Notes: generated by a model from the sequence alone, not told the origin. Positions 36,308 to 45,936 are shown, numbered from the stretch's first letter. The stretch is 64,000 nt of DNA from an uncultured Bacillota bacterium (GCA_947165005.1 CAMUYN010000001.1:1963-65962); one strand, 5' to 3'. A program made the numbers and translations.

Positions 36308-37276
36308 TTATTTTAATATTTGCCAATGTCCTGTCTTATCTGAACCTATCCTTTCTATAATACAGTTTTCTATTAATACCTTAAAATTTCTCTTAATTGT
36401 TCTTACATTTACTCCCAATTTGTCTGCAATTTCTTGTTGAGTAATCTTATTATCATTTATTACTAATTCTATTATTTTATTTTGAATATCATTTAAAGCA
36501 AAATTACTATTCTTAATAATTTTATCTATTGATGAATTTATTATTCTTAATAAAAACTTAATAAAAATATTAGCATTATGATTTATATGACATTGAGTGA
36601 TTGATGAATAGTATTCTTCTTCATTCAAATACAGTTCTTCTTCAATAGGAATAAATTCAAAATTTTTGTGATATTTTATTAACATTAATGTAAGCCAATA
36701 TCTTGCCAATCTTCCATTACCATCAGAAAAGGGATGTATTGCTACAAAATAATAGTGAAATATTGCTGCCAATATCATTTGATTTAAAGCACTTTTTTTT
36801 ATGTATTCAAATAGGCTTTTCATTAATGATGGCACTAATATTGATTCTGGAGCAATATATATAATTACTTCTTCTTTTTTTACTCCCTCTCCATGTGTTC
36901 TATATTTTCCATTATCCTCATCAAAATATTTCATCATTATTTGTTGTACTTTTAGTAAATCTTTTTCACTTTTATAATCATATTTGCTTATATTATTATA
37001 AGCTTCCAAACCATTTTTTACTGCTTGTATTTCGTCTTTTTTACCAAGTATTTGCTTATTTTGTAATAAATTTTCAACATCAAATAAAGATATTGAAATA
37101 TCCTCAATACTAAGTGATGAATGAACAGATCTTACTCTAGCTTTAGTAACCATATATTTTCTTTTTTGTCTATCATTTATTTTTATTATGCTTAATTTAG
37201 TATTGATATTCTCTAATAAATCTTCTATTTCATCATCAATATAAAATACAGGTTCTATTTTATCAAACATATTCAT
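36308..37276 (-). CDS. Fic family protein with a C-terminal winged-HTH
   Basis: It has the canonical Fic motif HPFSDGNGRLARYW and the C-terminal region ITQQEIADKLGVNVRTIKRNFKVLIENCIIERIG. Confidence 0.88.
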   Translation of the reverse strand: MNMFDKIEPVFYIDDEIEDLLENINTKLSIIKINDRQKRKYMVTKARVRSVHSSLSIEDISISLFDVENLLQNKQILGKKDEIQAVKNGLEAYNNISKYDYKSEKDLLKVQQIMMKYFDEDNGKYRTHGEGVKKEEVIIYIAPESILVPSLMKSLFEYIKKSALNQMILAAIFHYYFVAIHPFSDGNGRLARYWLTLMLIKYHKNFEFIPIEEELYLNEEEYYSSITQCHINHNANIFIKFLLRIINSSIDKIIKNSNFALNDIQNKIIELVINDNKITQQEIADKLGVNVRTIKRNFKVLIENCIIERIGSDKTGHWQILK

Positions 37277-37306
37277 TGTATCACCTCTTGTATCATTATA
37301 TCATAT

Positions 37307-37329
37307 ATGTCACTGTAAATGTCACTGTA
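37307..37329. repeat. Tandem direct repeat ATGTCACTGTA x2 (12-nt period) over the fic promoter
   Basis: The copies at 37307-37317 and 37319-37329 are identical. They lie 31-53 nt upstream of the fic ATG and just upstream of a TGATATAAT extended -10 on the minus strand. Confidence 0.8.
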
Positions 37330-37349
37330 TTTTTCAAAATATTAAAAAA

Positions 37350-37372
37350 AACAATATTAATCTAATATTGTT
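37350..37372 (-). terminator. Intrinsic terminator after gpsA
   Basis: AACAATATTA-ATC-TAATATTGTT with flanking A and T runs. Confidence 0.6.
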
Positions 37373-38280
37373 TTTATATCTTTTTTATTATAAATAATAT
37401 TATATAAATTATCTATTATTTTAGCATCTATATTATATTTTTTAGATAAATTATATCCAGATTTTAAACTATCTAATCCTTCAATAGTCATACCTACTTC
37501 TTTTCTTACTTCATCAATTGATTTACCTTTAGCAAGTAATAGACCTGCTCTTTTATTTCTTGAATCCATTGATAAAGATGTAGTTAATAAATCTCCTAGT
37601 CCTGCTAGACCATAGATTGTTTCTGGTTTAGCCCCCATTTTTATAGATATTTCATTTATTTCTCTTAAACCTTCAGTTATGAAATAAGATAATGTATTTG
37701 ATTCATATCCTAAACCTTCAACTATACCAGATCCTAAAGACACTATATTTTTTAATGTGGCTCCTAGTTGCATTCCAATAGCATCTTCTGTATAAGTTAA
37801 ATGAAAGTTATCTGTTTCAAATATATCTTTTAAATTCTTATTACCTGAATACATTACAAATGTAGGTATATCTCTTGCTATTTGTTCTGCATGAGATGGT
37901 CCTGAAATTACACTTGTTTCCTTACCTAATTCTTCATAAATTACTTCACTTAGAAGCTTTTCTTCTTCCATTCCTTTAGAAAGAAGTACTATTTCTTGAT
38001 CAGTTACATAATTCTTAATATTCTTGCATGTTTCTCTTATAACTCTTGATGGTGTTACAAGTACTATTATTTTACTATTTTCTATTACTTTTTCATAATC
38101 TGTAGATGCAGAAATAGAGTCATCTAGTACTAAGTCTTTTACAAACATACATCTATGTTCATTATTGATCATATCTGCTTCTTCCTCTAAGTAAGACCAT
38201 ATTTTTATACTATTATTTTTACTTAATATTTTTGCAAGTGCACAACCAAAACTCCCACTACCTATAATTGCTATATTCAT
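37357..38280 (-). CDS. gpsA: NAD(P)H-dependent glycerol-3-phosphate dehydrogenase
   Basis: It contains MNIAIIGSGSFGCALA and GLAGLGDLLTTSLSMDSRNKRAG. Confidence 0.85.
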   Translation of the reverse strand: MNIAIIGSGSFGCALAKILSKNNSIKIWSYLEEEADMINNEHRCMFVKDLVLDDSISASTDYEKVIENSKIIVLVTPSRVIRETCKNIKNYVTDQEIVLLSKGMEEEKLLSEVIYEELGKETSVISGPSHAEQIARDIPTFVMYSGNKNLKDIFETDNFHLTYTEDAIGMQLGATLKNIVSLGSGIVEGLGYESNTLSYFITEGLREINEISIKMGAKPETIYGLAGLGDLLTTSLSMDSRNKRAGLLLAKGKSIDEVRKEVGMTIEGLDSLKSGYNLSKKYNIDAKIIDNLYNIIYNKKDIKTILD

Positions 38281-38285
38281 GTTAC

Positions 38286-39623
38286 CTACTTTCCTAGACA
38301 GAAATTACTAAATAATCTATCTATTAATTCATTATCATATTTTTGACCTGTTATTTCTCCAAGTAAATCTAATATATTTCTTATATCTATTTCAAGCATA
38401 TCTATTGGAAGATCATTATCTAAAGATATAATTAATTCTTTAGAAATCTTTTTAGCTTGTTTTAATAGATTAATTGTTCTTATGTTAGATAAATATGTCA
38501 TATCACCATTATTAATTTTATCTAATTCAAATAATTCATTTATTTTATTTAATAATGGTTCTACATCTTTATTAGCACATATTTTTACTGAATCTTCAAA
38601 ATCTTTGTCTAATTTAGTATCTAGATCAATCTTATTAATAACTAGTATTCTCTTTTTATTCTTTGTTTTTTCTAGTAATTCTTCATCTTCTTTAGTAAAT
38701 TTATCATTATTATTTAATACTAATAATACTAGATCTGCTTGGTCTATTAAAGATAGTGATTTATCTACCCCAATTTTTTCTACTTTATTATCGGTTTCTC
38801 TGATACCTGCAGTATCTAAGAAATTAATTAGTATTCCATTTATTCTTATAGAACCCTCTACAACGTCTCTAGTGGTTCCTGGAATATCTGTTACTATAGC
38901 TTTATCCTCATTTAATAAGGCATTTAATATACTTGATTTACCAACATTTGGTCTTCCTATTATAACTGTATTAATACCTTCTTTTATAAGCTTACCATTT
39001 TCTGAATCTTTTAGAAGTTCATCTATTTGATTATTTAATTTTTTAGAAAATTCTCTAACCTTTTCAATAGTCATAACTTCTATATCTTCATATTCTGGAT
39101 AATCTATATTAACTTCTATATTAGATATTAAATCTAAACCTAAGTCTCTGATAGTATTTATTTTATTTGATAATTTACCATCTACTCCATTGATAGCCAT
39201 CTTTCTAGCAGTATCTGTTTTAGCTTCAATTAAATCCATTACTGATTCTGCTTGTACTAAATCTATTCTTCCATTTAAGAAAGCTCTTTTAGTAAATTCA
39301 CCTGGTTCTGCTTGACGGCAACCTTCTTCAAGAAGTAATTCTACTATTTTATTAGTTACTGCAATTCCACCATGTGAATTAATTTCTACTATATCTTGTT
39401 TTGTATATGTTTTAGGTGCTAAAAATACTGATACTAATACTTCATCAATTATCTTATTATTTTTAACTATATGTCCATAATTAATAGTATTAGCATCATA
39501 TTTAGTTATATCTTTATCAAATATTTTATTAACTATTTTTAATGCATCATTTCCAGATACTCTTATTATAGATATAGCTCCTACTCCAAGAGCAGTTGAA
39601 ATAGCTACTATTGTATCTTCCAT
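38286..39623 (-). CDS. mnmE: tRNA modification GTPase MnmE
   Basis: It contains DTIVAISTALGVGAISIIRVSG, GRPNVGKSS, DTAGIRET and the C-terminal FCLGK. Confidence 0.95.
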   Translation of the reverse strand: MEDTIVAISTALGVGAISIIRVSGNDALKIVNKIFDKDITKYDANTINYGHIVKNNKIIDEVLVSVFLAPKTYTKQDIVEINSHGGIAVTNKIVELLLEEGCRQAEPGEFTKRAFLNGRIDLVQAESVMDLIEAKTDTARKMAINGVDGKLSNKINTIRDLGLDLISNIEVNIDYPEYEDIEVMTIEKVREFSKKLNNQIDELLKDSENGKLIKEGINTVIIGRPNVGKSSILNALLNEDKAIVTDIPGTTRDVVEGSIRINGILINFLDTAGIRETDNKVEKIGVDKSLSLIDQADLVLLVLNNNDKFTKEDEELLEKTKNKKRILVINKIDLDTKLDKDFEDSVKICANKDVEPLLNKINELFELDKINNGDMTYLSNIRTINLLKQAKKISKELIISLDNDLPIDMLEIDIRNILDLLGEITGQKYDNELIDRLFSNFCLGK

Positions 39624-39633
39624 ATTATCACCC

Positions 39634-40026
39634 CTATATTACTTTTAATAATTTTTTTGGTTTATCTAATTTTTTTGGTTTAAATATTCCCTTTTCTACT
39701 AAAGAATCCATTGTATTATTATATTCTTTTATTAAATCATTTACGAATGGATAATCTCTTTCTTCATCATAGAAAGGTTCAAATATTCTTTCGTTGAAAC
39801 AATCATAAATTTGTATATCTTTTTTATCATCAAATTCATCATGTAATATATGTTCCCAAGGACATATCATTATTTGTACTTCAATTGAATCACATAATTC
39901 TTTTGAATAATAATATCTTATTGTTGGCCATTCTTCTGTTTCTCTTAATCTAATAAATTCTGATTTATCCATTTTCTTCATTGTTAAATTGTCATCTAAT
40001 TCGTATCTTTTTATAACTTCGCGCAT
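39634..40026 (-). CDS. Hypothetical protein (130 aa)
   Basis: The ORF has an AGGAGGG RBS and lies between jag and mnmE. No family recognised. Confidence 0.5.
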   Translation of the reverse strand: MREVIKRYELDDNLTMKKMDKSEFIRLRETEEWPTIRYYYSKELCDSIEVQIMICPWEHILHDEFDDKKDIQIYDCFNERIFEPFYDEERDYPFVNDLIKEYNNTMDSLVEKGIFKPKKLDKPKKLLKVI

Positions 40027-40086
40027 ATTCCCTCCTGATTAATTAATTATATCATATTTTTTTGAATAAAAAAGAGTCTTATGACT

Positions 40087-40698
40087 CTATTCTACTGGTT
40101 TAATTACTATTCTTCTGTTTGGTTCTTCACCTTCACTATTAGAAGTAATTCCTTTAAAATTAGCTAAAGCATTATGTACTAATCTTCTTTCATAAGAATT
40201 CATTGAGTCCATAGCAATTGGTTCTTTTGTTCTTAATACTTCTTTTGCTAACTTTTTAGCCAATCTTTCTATATTATGTTCTTGTTTTATTTTATAATTT
40301 TCTACATCTAATATAATATTAACAAATATACCTATTTGATTAGAAACTGATGTTCTTATTAAGTTTTGTAATGAAGAAAGTGTTCTTCCATTTCTTCCTA
40401 TTAATATTGAATTATCAGATGAATGAAGAGTTAATTTAATAAAATTCTCTTTTCTTTGAGATTCAATAATAACATCTTTAATACCCATTCCTTCAACTAT
40501 ATCTTTTAATAGTTTTTTTGAATATTCTAATACTTCACTTTTTAATACTACATTCAATGTATATTTTTTCTTTCTTAATAATCCTACTGTTTCTTCTTTT
40601 ACTTCAGTAAGCATTTCATCTTCTTTAACATTTAATTCTTTTAATGCTTGTAATGTTAATTCTTCTAAATTTTTTCCTTCATATGTATATATTTTCAT
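40087..40698 (-). CDS. jag: RNA-binding protein Jag/KhpB (Jag_N, KH, R3H)
   Basis: It contains ILIGRNGRTLSSLQ (KH-like) and NSYERRLVHNAL (R3H), and lies downstream of yidC. Confidence 0.88.
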   Translation of the reverse strand: MKIYTYEGKNLEELTLQALKELNVKEDEMLTEVKEETVGLLRKKKYTLNVVLKSEVLEYSKKLLKDIVEGMGIKDVIIESQRKENFIKLTLHSSDNSILIGRNGRTLSSLQNLIRTSVSNQIGIFVNIILDVENYKIKQEHNIERLAKKLAKEVLRTKEPIAMDSMNSYERRLVHNALANFKGITSNSEGEEPNRRIVIKPVE

Positions 40699-40710
40699 AG
40701 TACTACTCCC

Positions 40711-41664
40711 TTATATATTTGCCTTTTTCTTCTTTTTTATTTGTTTAGCAATTAAGTTTTGAACTATAGTAAATATAGTAGATGCTATCCAATATAAAGA
40801 TAATGCTACTGAGAAATTAATAGACATAACAGCTATCATTATAACCATCATATTAGACATAATATTTGGATTAATATCGCCCTTTTGTGGTGTTGGTGCT
40901 GTTTTATTAAATTTTTGAGAAATTAATGTTGTTGCTATTATTAATATAGGTATTATTACATATATATAACTTCCTCCAGTAATTGCCTTTAAAGGAGTTG
41001 TTCCAAGTATTAAACCAAATGATTTTCCTTCAAATATTACTGGTACTCTATTAATTGCTTCATAAAAAGCCATTAATAAAGGTATTTGAATAAATGCAAA
41101 TAAGCAACTAGCAAATGGATTAATCTTATATTTTTTATATAATTGCATCATTTCCATAGATTTCTTACTTTGTGATTCTTGATCATCTTTACCTTCATAT
41201 TTTTTATTTAATCTATCTAGCTCAGGTTGCATTTCTTTCATATTTTCTGATTGCATTGCTGTCTTTTGAGTAAATGGTGCAAGTAATAATCTTATTAATA
41301 AACCTAAAATAACAATTGTTAATCCATAGTTCTTAACAAATTTATTAGTATTAACTAATATCCATGCTAATGGTTTTACTAGTAAATTTTCCCATAATCC
41401 TTCATAATTACTATCATTTATTTCAAATTTTTCACATTTTGGTAATTTACTAATATCTATTTTCTTCTTATATTTATTATATTTTTTAATTAATCCCTTA
41501 TCTGTTGGTTGGCATAATATATTTTCATATAATGTGATTTTTACATCATTTGTTTCATAATATACGGCTTTTTTAGTTTTATTATCTTTTAAAACTGTCG
41601 TACAACCTGTTAATAAAAGAATTAATGATAATACAACTAATATTTTAAATCTATTCTTCTTCAT
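40711..41664 (-). CDS. yidC: Membrane protein insertase YidC (lipoprotein type)
   Basis: It has the lipobox LLLTGC, and polytopic regions with PLLMAFY and LSLYWIASTIFTIVQN. Confidence 0.92.
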   Translation of the reverse strand: MKKNRFKILVVLSLILLLTGCTTVLKDNKTKKAVYYETNDVKITLYENILCQPTDKGLIKKYNKYKKKIDISKLPKCEKFEINDSNYEGLWENLLVKPLAWILVNTNKFVKNYGLTIVILGLLIRLLLAPFTQKTAMQSENMKEMQPELDRLNKKYEGKDDQESQSKKSMEMMQLYKKYKINPFASCLFAFIQIPLLMAFYEAINRVPVIFEGKSFGLILGTTPLKAITGGSYIYVIIPILIIATTLISQKFNKTAPTPQKGDINPNIMSNMMVIMIAVMSINFSVALSLYWIASTIFTIVQNLIAKQIKKKKKANI

Positions 41665-41998
41665 TTTTTTCTCCTTCTAGTTTACATAATATATCTATTA
41701 AATATTTTTTCTTTTCATCGTAAGATATATCTGAAATTTCTTTCCTTAATATTATAACATAGTCCATATTACTTTGAAATACTAAATTACTCTTATCAAT
41801 AATATCTTTAATTTGTCTTTTATTTTTATTTCTTACTACAGCATTTCCAAGTTTTTTAGAGACACAAATACAGAATCTATGATATTTATTATTGTTTTTC
41901 TTATTATATATAAAGAAATATTTATTTTTAAATAAAATACCAGTTTTAATTATATTATTTATCTCATCTTGTTTCTTTATAATATTTAATTTTTTCAT
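41651..41998 (-). CDS. rnpA: Ribonuclease P protein component
   Basis: It contains MKKLNIIKKQDEINNI...VSKKLGNAVVRNKNKRQIKD. AGGAGGCCT-ATG at 41998 is the probable start. Confidence 0.9.
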   Translation of the reverse strand: MKKLNIIKKQDEINNIIKTGILFKNKYFFIYNKKNNNKYHRFCICVSKKLGNAVVRNKNKRQIKDIIDKSNLVFQSNMDYVIILRKEISDISYDEKKKYLIDILCKLEGEKNEEE

Positions 41999-42042
41999 AG
42001 GCCTCCTATAATACAAAAAAAACCACTAAAAAAAGTGGATAA

Positions 42043-42165
42043 TTATTTAGATAAAGTTTTGCGACCTTTTTTTCTTCTACTATTTAATACATTACCTTTA
42101 ATTCTAGAAAAAAATCCATGTTTCTTCTTCATATTTCTATTGTTAGGTTGAAAAGTTCTTTTCAT
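42043..42165 (-). CDS. rpmH: 50S ribosomal protein L34
   Basis: It is not in the ORF track because it is under 60 aa. The minus strand translates to [40 protein letters not shown], with a GGAGGTG RBS. Confidence 0.93.
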   Translation of the reverse strand: MKRTFQPNNRNMKKKHGFFSRIKGNVLNSRRKKGRKTLSK

Positions 42166-42209
42166 TATATAAACACCTCCAAGTCCATAAAACATAATAG
42201 ATTATAACA

Positions 42210-42470
42210 TGTTTTTGTGGAAAGTCAAACATTTTAAATAAATAAATACAATTTATTAACAATTTTTGTGGAAAAATATTATATTTTTCATTATAATATA
42301 TAATAAAATTTAATTATCAACAGACTCCACAGAATGGTGGATAATTATAAATAGTGGATAATTAGTTGCGTATAACATAAATTTGTGGAAATTGTGGAAA
42401 AAGAGTTTTTACTATTTATTTAATTAATAATTATTGTTAATTATTTTGTGGATAACTTTTGTGGATAAAA
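42210..42470. other. oriC part 1: DnaA-box cluster upstream of dnaA
   Basis: Perfect TGTGGATAA boxes are at 42447-42455 and 42460-42468. Near-consensus boxes are TGTGGAAA(G/A/T) at 42216, 42267, 42384 and 42393; GTGGATAA at 42338 and 42354; and TTATCAACA at 42314. Confidence 0.88.
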
Positions 42471-42549
42471 AAATTGCCTGTTTTTGCTTGAAATATAAGG
42501 AAAATAAGGTATAATTAGTTATGAAAGTACCTGGGGGAAGGTGAAACAA

Positions 42550-43932
42550 ATGGAGAATAAGGATCTTGTTTGGGAAAAATTTCTTAGTATTATAAAAAAA
42601 AGAGTTTCATCTATTGGTTATGAGACTTGGTTTAAAGAGACTAGATTACATTCTCTAGGTGAAGACGCAGTCATTGTTGTTTCCACAATAGCTCATAAAA
42701 AACACTTATCAGAAAGCTATGGCGATATAATAAGTGAAATATTAAATTCTATAACAGGTACTAACTTTAATTTAAAATTTGTATTAGAAAGTGAAATAGA
42801 TAAGGAAGAACATGAAGAATTAGTTGAAAAACAAGAAGAATTAGGTGTTCCTTATAATAGTTATAAAGATGCTAACTTAAATCCCGAATATAAATTTGAA
42901 AACTTTATAGTAGGAGAGAGTAATAAGTTTGCACAAGCTACTGCACTTGCAGTCGCGGAAAACCCTGGTAAAATGTATAATCCTTTATTTATATATGGAA
43001 ACAGTGGATTAGGTAAAACTCACTTGATGCATGCAATAGGTAATTATATTGTGGAAAATACTAATAAAAAAGTATTATATGTTTCATCTGATACATTTAT
43101 AAATGATTGGATAGGTATAAATAGAACTACTAATGGAAATAATTTTGATAAAAAAGAATATTTTAATAATAAATATAGAAATGTAGATGTATTAATAATA
43201 GATGATATACAATTTTTAGGTAATGCACCTAAATCTCAAGAAGCATTTTTCCACACATTTAATACATTATTTGATAATAAAAAGCAAATTATAATATCTA
43301 GTGATAATTCTCCAGATGATTTAAAGAATCTTGAAGATAGATTAAGAACTAGATTTAACTGGGGATTAAAAGTAAATATTTTTCCACCAGATAATGAATT
43401 AAGAAAAAGAATATTAAAAAATAAACTGACAAATATGAATTTTGCACAACATATGTCAGAAGAAGCATTTGATTATATAGCAAATACTTGCCAATCAGAT
43501 GTAAGAGAATTAGAAGGAACTTTAACTAGAGTATGTGCTTATGCCACAATATTTTTCCAAGAAGAAATAACGTTACAAACAGTTATTGATGCAGTAGGTA
43601 AGACAAAATTCTCTAATAATAGTAATCCTTATGGTAGTGGATCTAATAGTTATGATATAAATAGAATACAAAAATGTGTTGCTAATTATTATAATGTAAC
43701 TGTTGAAGATCTAAAATCTAAAAAGAGAGTAGCAAATATTGCATTTCCAAGACATATAGCTATATATTTATCAAGACAATTAACTGATGAATCTTTCCCA
43801 AGAATAGGTATGGAATTTGGTGGAAGAGACCATTCTACAGTAATGAGTTCTTGTGATAGAATAGAAGAAGAATTAAAAAGTAATAAACAATTAGAAAAAG
43901 TAATAGAGGAAATCAAAAGAAGATTAGAATAA
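42550..43932 (+). CDS. dnaA: Chromosomal replication initiator protein DnaA
   Basis: It contains YNPLFIYGNSGLGKTHLMHA, DVLIIDDIQFL and the C-terminal region IAFPRHIAIYLSRQLT...GGRDHSTV. ATG 42550 after GGGGGAAGGTG is the probable start. A TTGAAA-16 nt-TATAAT promoter lies at 42488-42515. Confidence 0.97.
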   Translation: MENKDLVWEKFLSIIKKRVSSIGYETWFKETRLHSLGEDAVIVVSTIAHKKHLSESYGDIISEILNSITGTNFNLKFVLESEIDKEEHEELVEKQEELGVPYNSYKDANLNPEYKFENFIVGESNKFAQATALAVAENPGKMYNPLFIYGNSGLGKTHLMHAIGNYIVENTNKKVLYVSSDTFINDWIGINRTTNGNNFDKKEYFNNKYRNVDVLIIDDIQFLGNAPKSQEAFFHTFNTLFDNKKQIIISSDNSPDDLKNLEDRLRTRFNWGLKVNIFPPDNELRKRILKNKLTNMNFAQHMSEEAFDYIANTCQSDVRELEGTLTRVCAYATIFFQEEITLQTVIDAVGKTKFSNNSNPYGSGSNSYDINRIQKCVANYYNVTVEDLKSKKRVANIAFPRHIAIYLSRQLTDESFPRIGMEFGGRDHSTVMSSCDRIEEELKSNKQLEKVIEEIKRRLE

Positions 43933-44070
43933 TGTGGAAACAGTTAAAAGTTTTAAACATTAATTAACAGAAAAATTTGTTATAAATAAAAGAAAAAATA
44001 TAGTTTTATACATTTTCCACATCAATAATAATATAAATAATTATAATAAAAAATAAATAGGCATTTCAAA
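43933..44070. other. oriC part 2: DnaA boxes plus an AT-rich candidate unwinding region between dnaA and dnaN
   Basis: TGTGGAAAC is at 43933-43941 and TTTTCCACA at 44013-44021, followed by an almost pure A/T run (ATCAATAATAATATAAATAATTATAATAAAAAATAAATA). Confidence 0.7.
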
Positions 44071-44085
44071 ATGGAGGTAAGGAAT

Positions 44086-45207
44086 ATGAAATTTAGTATT
44101 AAAAAAGAAATATTATTAGAAAACTTAAATAAGGTATCACATGCAGTATCAACTAAAAATGTTATACCAGTATTATCAGGTATTAAATTTGATTTAACAA
44201 AGAAAGGATTAACACTACTTGCTAGTGATAATGATATAGATATTAAAGTATTTATTGATAAAAAATATATAGATAATATAGATGAAGAAGGATCTATAGT
44301 TATTCAAGGTAAATTCTTATTAGATATTATTAGAAAGATTCAAGATGGTATTATTAATATAGAAGTAATTGATGGTCTTAAATTAATGTTATATAATGAA
44401 ACATCAAAATTTAATTTAAATGGAATTGATTCAGATGAATTTCCTAATATAAATATAGAAAAGAGTAATAATCCAATAGAATTAAATAAAAAAGTTATTA
44501 AAACAATGGTTAATCAAACTATATATGCAACTAGTACACAAGAAAGTAGACCAATACTTACAGGTATTAATTTAAAAATAGAAAAAGATATTCTTGAATG
44601 TATAGCTACAGATTCTTATAGATTAGCTAAAAAGAAAATAAAATTAGATAATCCTGTGGATAATCCTATTAATATAGTAATACCTAGTAGAAATATTGGA
44701 GAATTAGTAAAAATAATTGATGATGAAGAAGAAAATATAAATATTCATATATTTACAAATAAGATATTATTTGAATTTGATAATATATTATATCAATCTA
44801 GATTATTAAATGATGTTTTCCCTAATATATCTAGATTAATACCAAGTGAATTTAAACTAATAATTGATGCAAATCTTAATGATTTATTTAATGTTGTGGA
44901 TAGAGCATCATTATTAACAAGTGAAAAAGAAAAAAATGTTATTAAATTTGAAACTGAAGGTAATACATTGATAGTAACTAGTAATACCCCTGAAATTGGT
45001 AGAGTAGAGGAAAAACTAGCTATTAAGAAAAATAATGATGAAGAAATAAAAATAGCATTCTCTGCAAAACATATGATGGATGCTTTAAGAACTATTGATA
45101 GTAAAAATGTAAAAATATTATTAAATAGTGAAATTAGTCCAATAATATTAAATACTGAAGATAATGATGACTTATTACAATTATTAATGCCAATTAAGAC
45201 TTATTAA
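44086..45207 (+). CDS. dnaN: DNA polymerase III beta sliding clamp
   Basis: It contains MKFSIKKEILLENLNKVSHAVSTKNVIPVLSGIKF...ATDSYRLA...LLMPIKTY. GGAGGTAAGGAAT-ATG at 44086 is the probable start. Confidence 0.95.
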   Translation: MKFSIKKEILLENLNKVSHAVSTKNVIPVLSGIKFDLTKKGLTLLASDNDIDIKVFIDKKYIDNIDEEGSIVIQGKFLLDIIRKIQDGIINIEVIDGLKLMLYNETSKFNLNGIDSDEFPNINIEKSNNPIELNKKVIKTMVNQTIYATSTQESRPILTGINLKIEKDILECIATDSYRLAKKKIKLDNPVDNPINIVIPSRNIGELVKIIDDEEENINIHIFTNKILFEFDNILYQSRLLNDVFPNISRLIPSEFKLIIDANLNDLFNVVDRASLLTSEKEKNVIKFETEGNTLIVTSNTPEIGRVEEKLAIKKNNDEEIKIAFSAKHMMDALRTIDSKNVKILLNSEISPIILNTEDNDDLLQLLMPIKTY

Positions 45208-45211
45208 TAAA

Positions 45212-45238
45212 AAATTGCATAAAAAATGCAATTTTTTT
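45212..45238 (+). terminator. Intrinsic terminator after dnaN
   Basis: AAATTGCAT-AAAAA-ATGCAATTT followed by TTTT. Confidence 0.8.
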
Positions 45239-45352
45239 ATGTTTTCGACAAGAAATAACAAATTTTTTAATTTTTTTTTGTAAAAATAGGGGAATATTAT
45301 TTTTTTTCGCGAAAATAATATATAGAAGTCAAAAAAAGATTGGGGGAATAAT

Positions 45353-45805
45353 ATGATTTCTTATGAGATTAATCGTAATACTATGGCATTAATACCAATT
45401 AATGATGATCAAACTAAAATTATAGAAAGGAATAAAATATTTATTATTAATGAAAATATTATGGAAATTATAAAAAATAGTTGTGAATTTTTTGGCAGTT
45501 CTTATTTAGGAAGAAAAGAAGGTACTAAAAAATTGACAGGTATAACACATAAAAGTCCTATAATTATAGAAGAAAGTAATAATATAATATATTTTCCAAC
45601 GGAATCACCTAGATTAAATAGCTGCTCATGGATAGGTTTTAATAATATAAAGAAATGTATTAATAATAATGGTAAAGGTACAATTATATTTGATAATGAT
45701 AAAAGTTTAGATTTAGATATATCATATAATTCTTTAGATAATCAAGTACTTAGATCATCAAAACTGGAATCAATATTACGAAAAAGATTAAATACTGCAA
45801 TTTAG
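45353..45805 (+). CDS. comK: Competence transcription factor ComK family protein
   Basis: YEINRNTMALIP, SCEFFGSSYLGRKEGT, GITHKSPIII, IYFPTESP..C.W and ISYNSLDNQV match ComK hallmarks as I recall the B. subtilis protein. Confidence 0.85.
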   Translation: MISYEINRNTMALIPINDDQTKIIERNKIFIINENIMEIIKNSCEFFGSSYLGRKEGTKKLTGITHKSPIIIEESNNIIYFPTESPRLNSCSWIGFNNIKKCINNNGKGTIIFDNDKSLDLDISYNSLDNQVLRSSKLESILRKRLNTAI

Positions 45806-45819
45806 CAGTATTTTTTTTT
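45792..45819 (+). terminator. Intrinsic terminator after comK
   Basis: ATACTGC-AATTTA-GCAGTAT followed by T8. Confidence 0.75.
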
Positions 45820-45936
45820 ATTAAAATCAAAAAATAAGTACAAAAAGGGCCTTATTTATGATATAATAGTATTGTATGTGTAGGTGCATTATTTAAGGTG
45901 GTATGGTAAATATGAGGGGTAAAAAATAGGTTTAAA

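Noticed and set aside
45870-45936. Possible small gene or leader peptide (MRGKK or MVNMRGKK) in place of yaaA upstream of recF
   Set aside because: It is only 5-8 codons long with no conservation evidence. It is most likely just the recF 5' UTR behind a TGATATAAT promoter.
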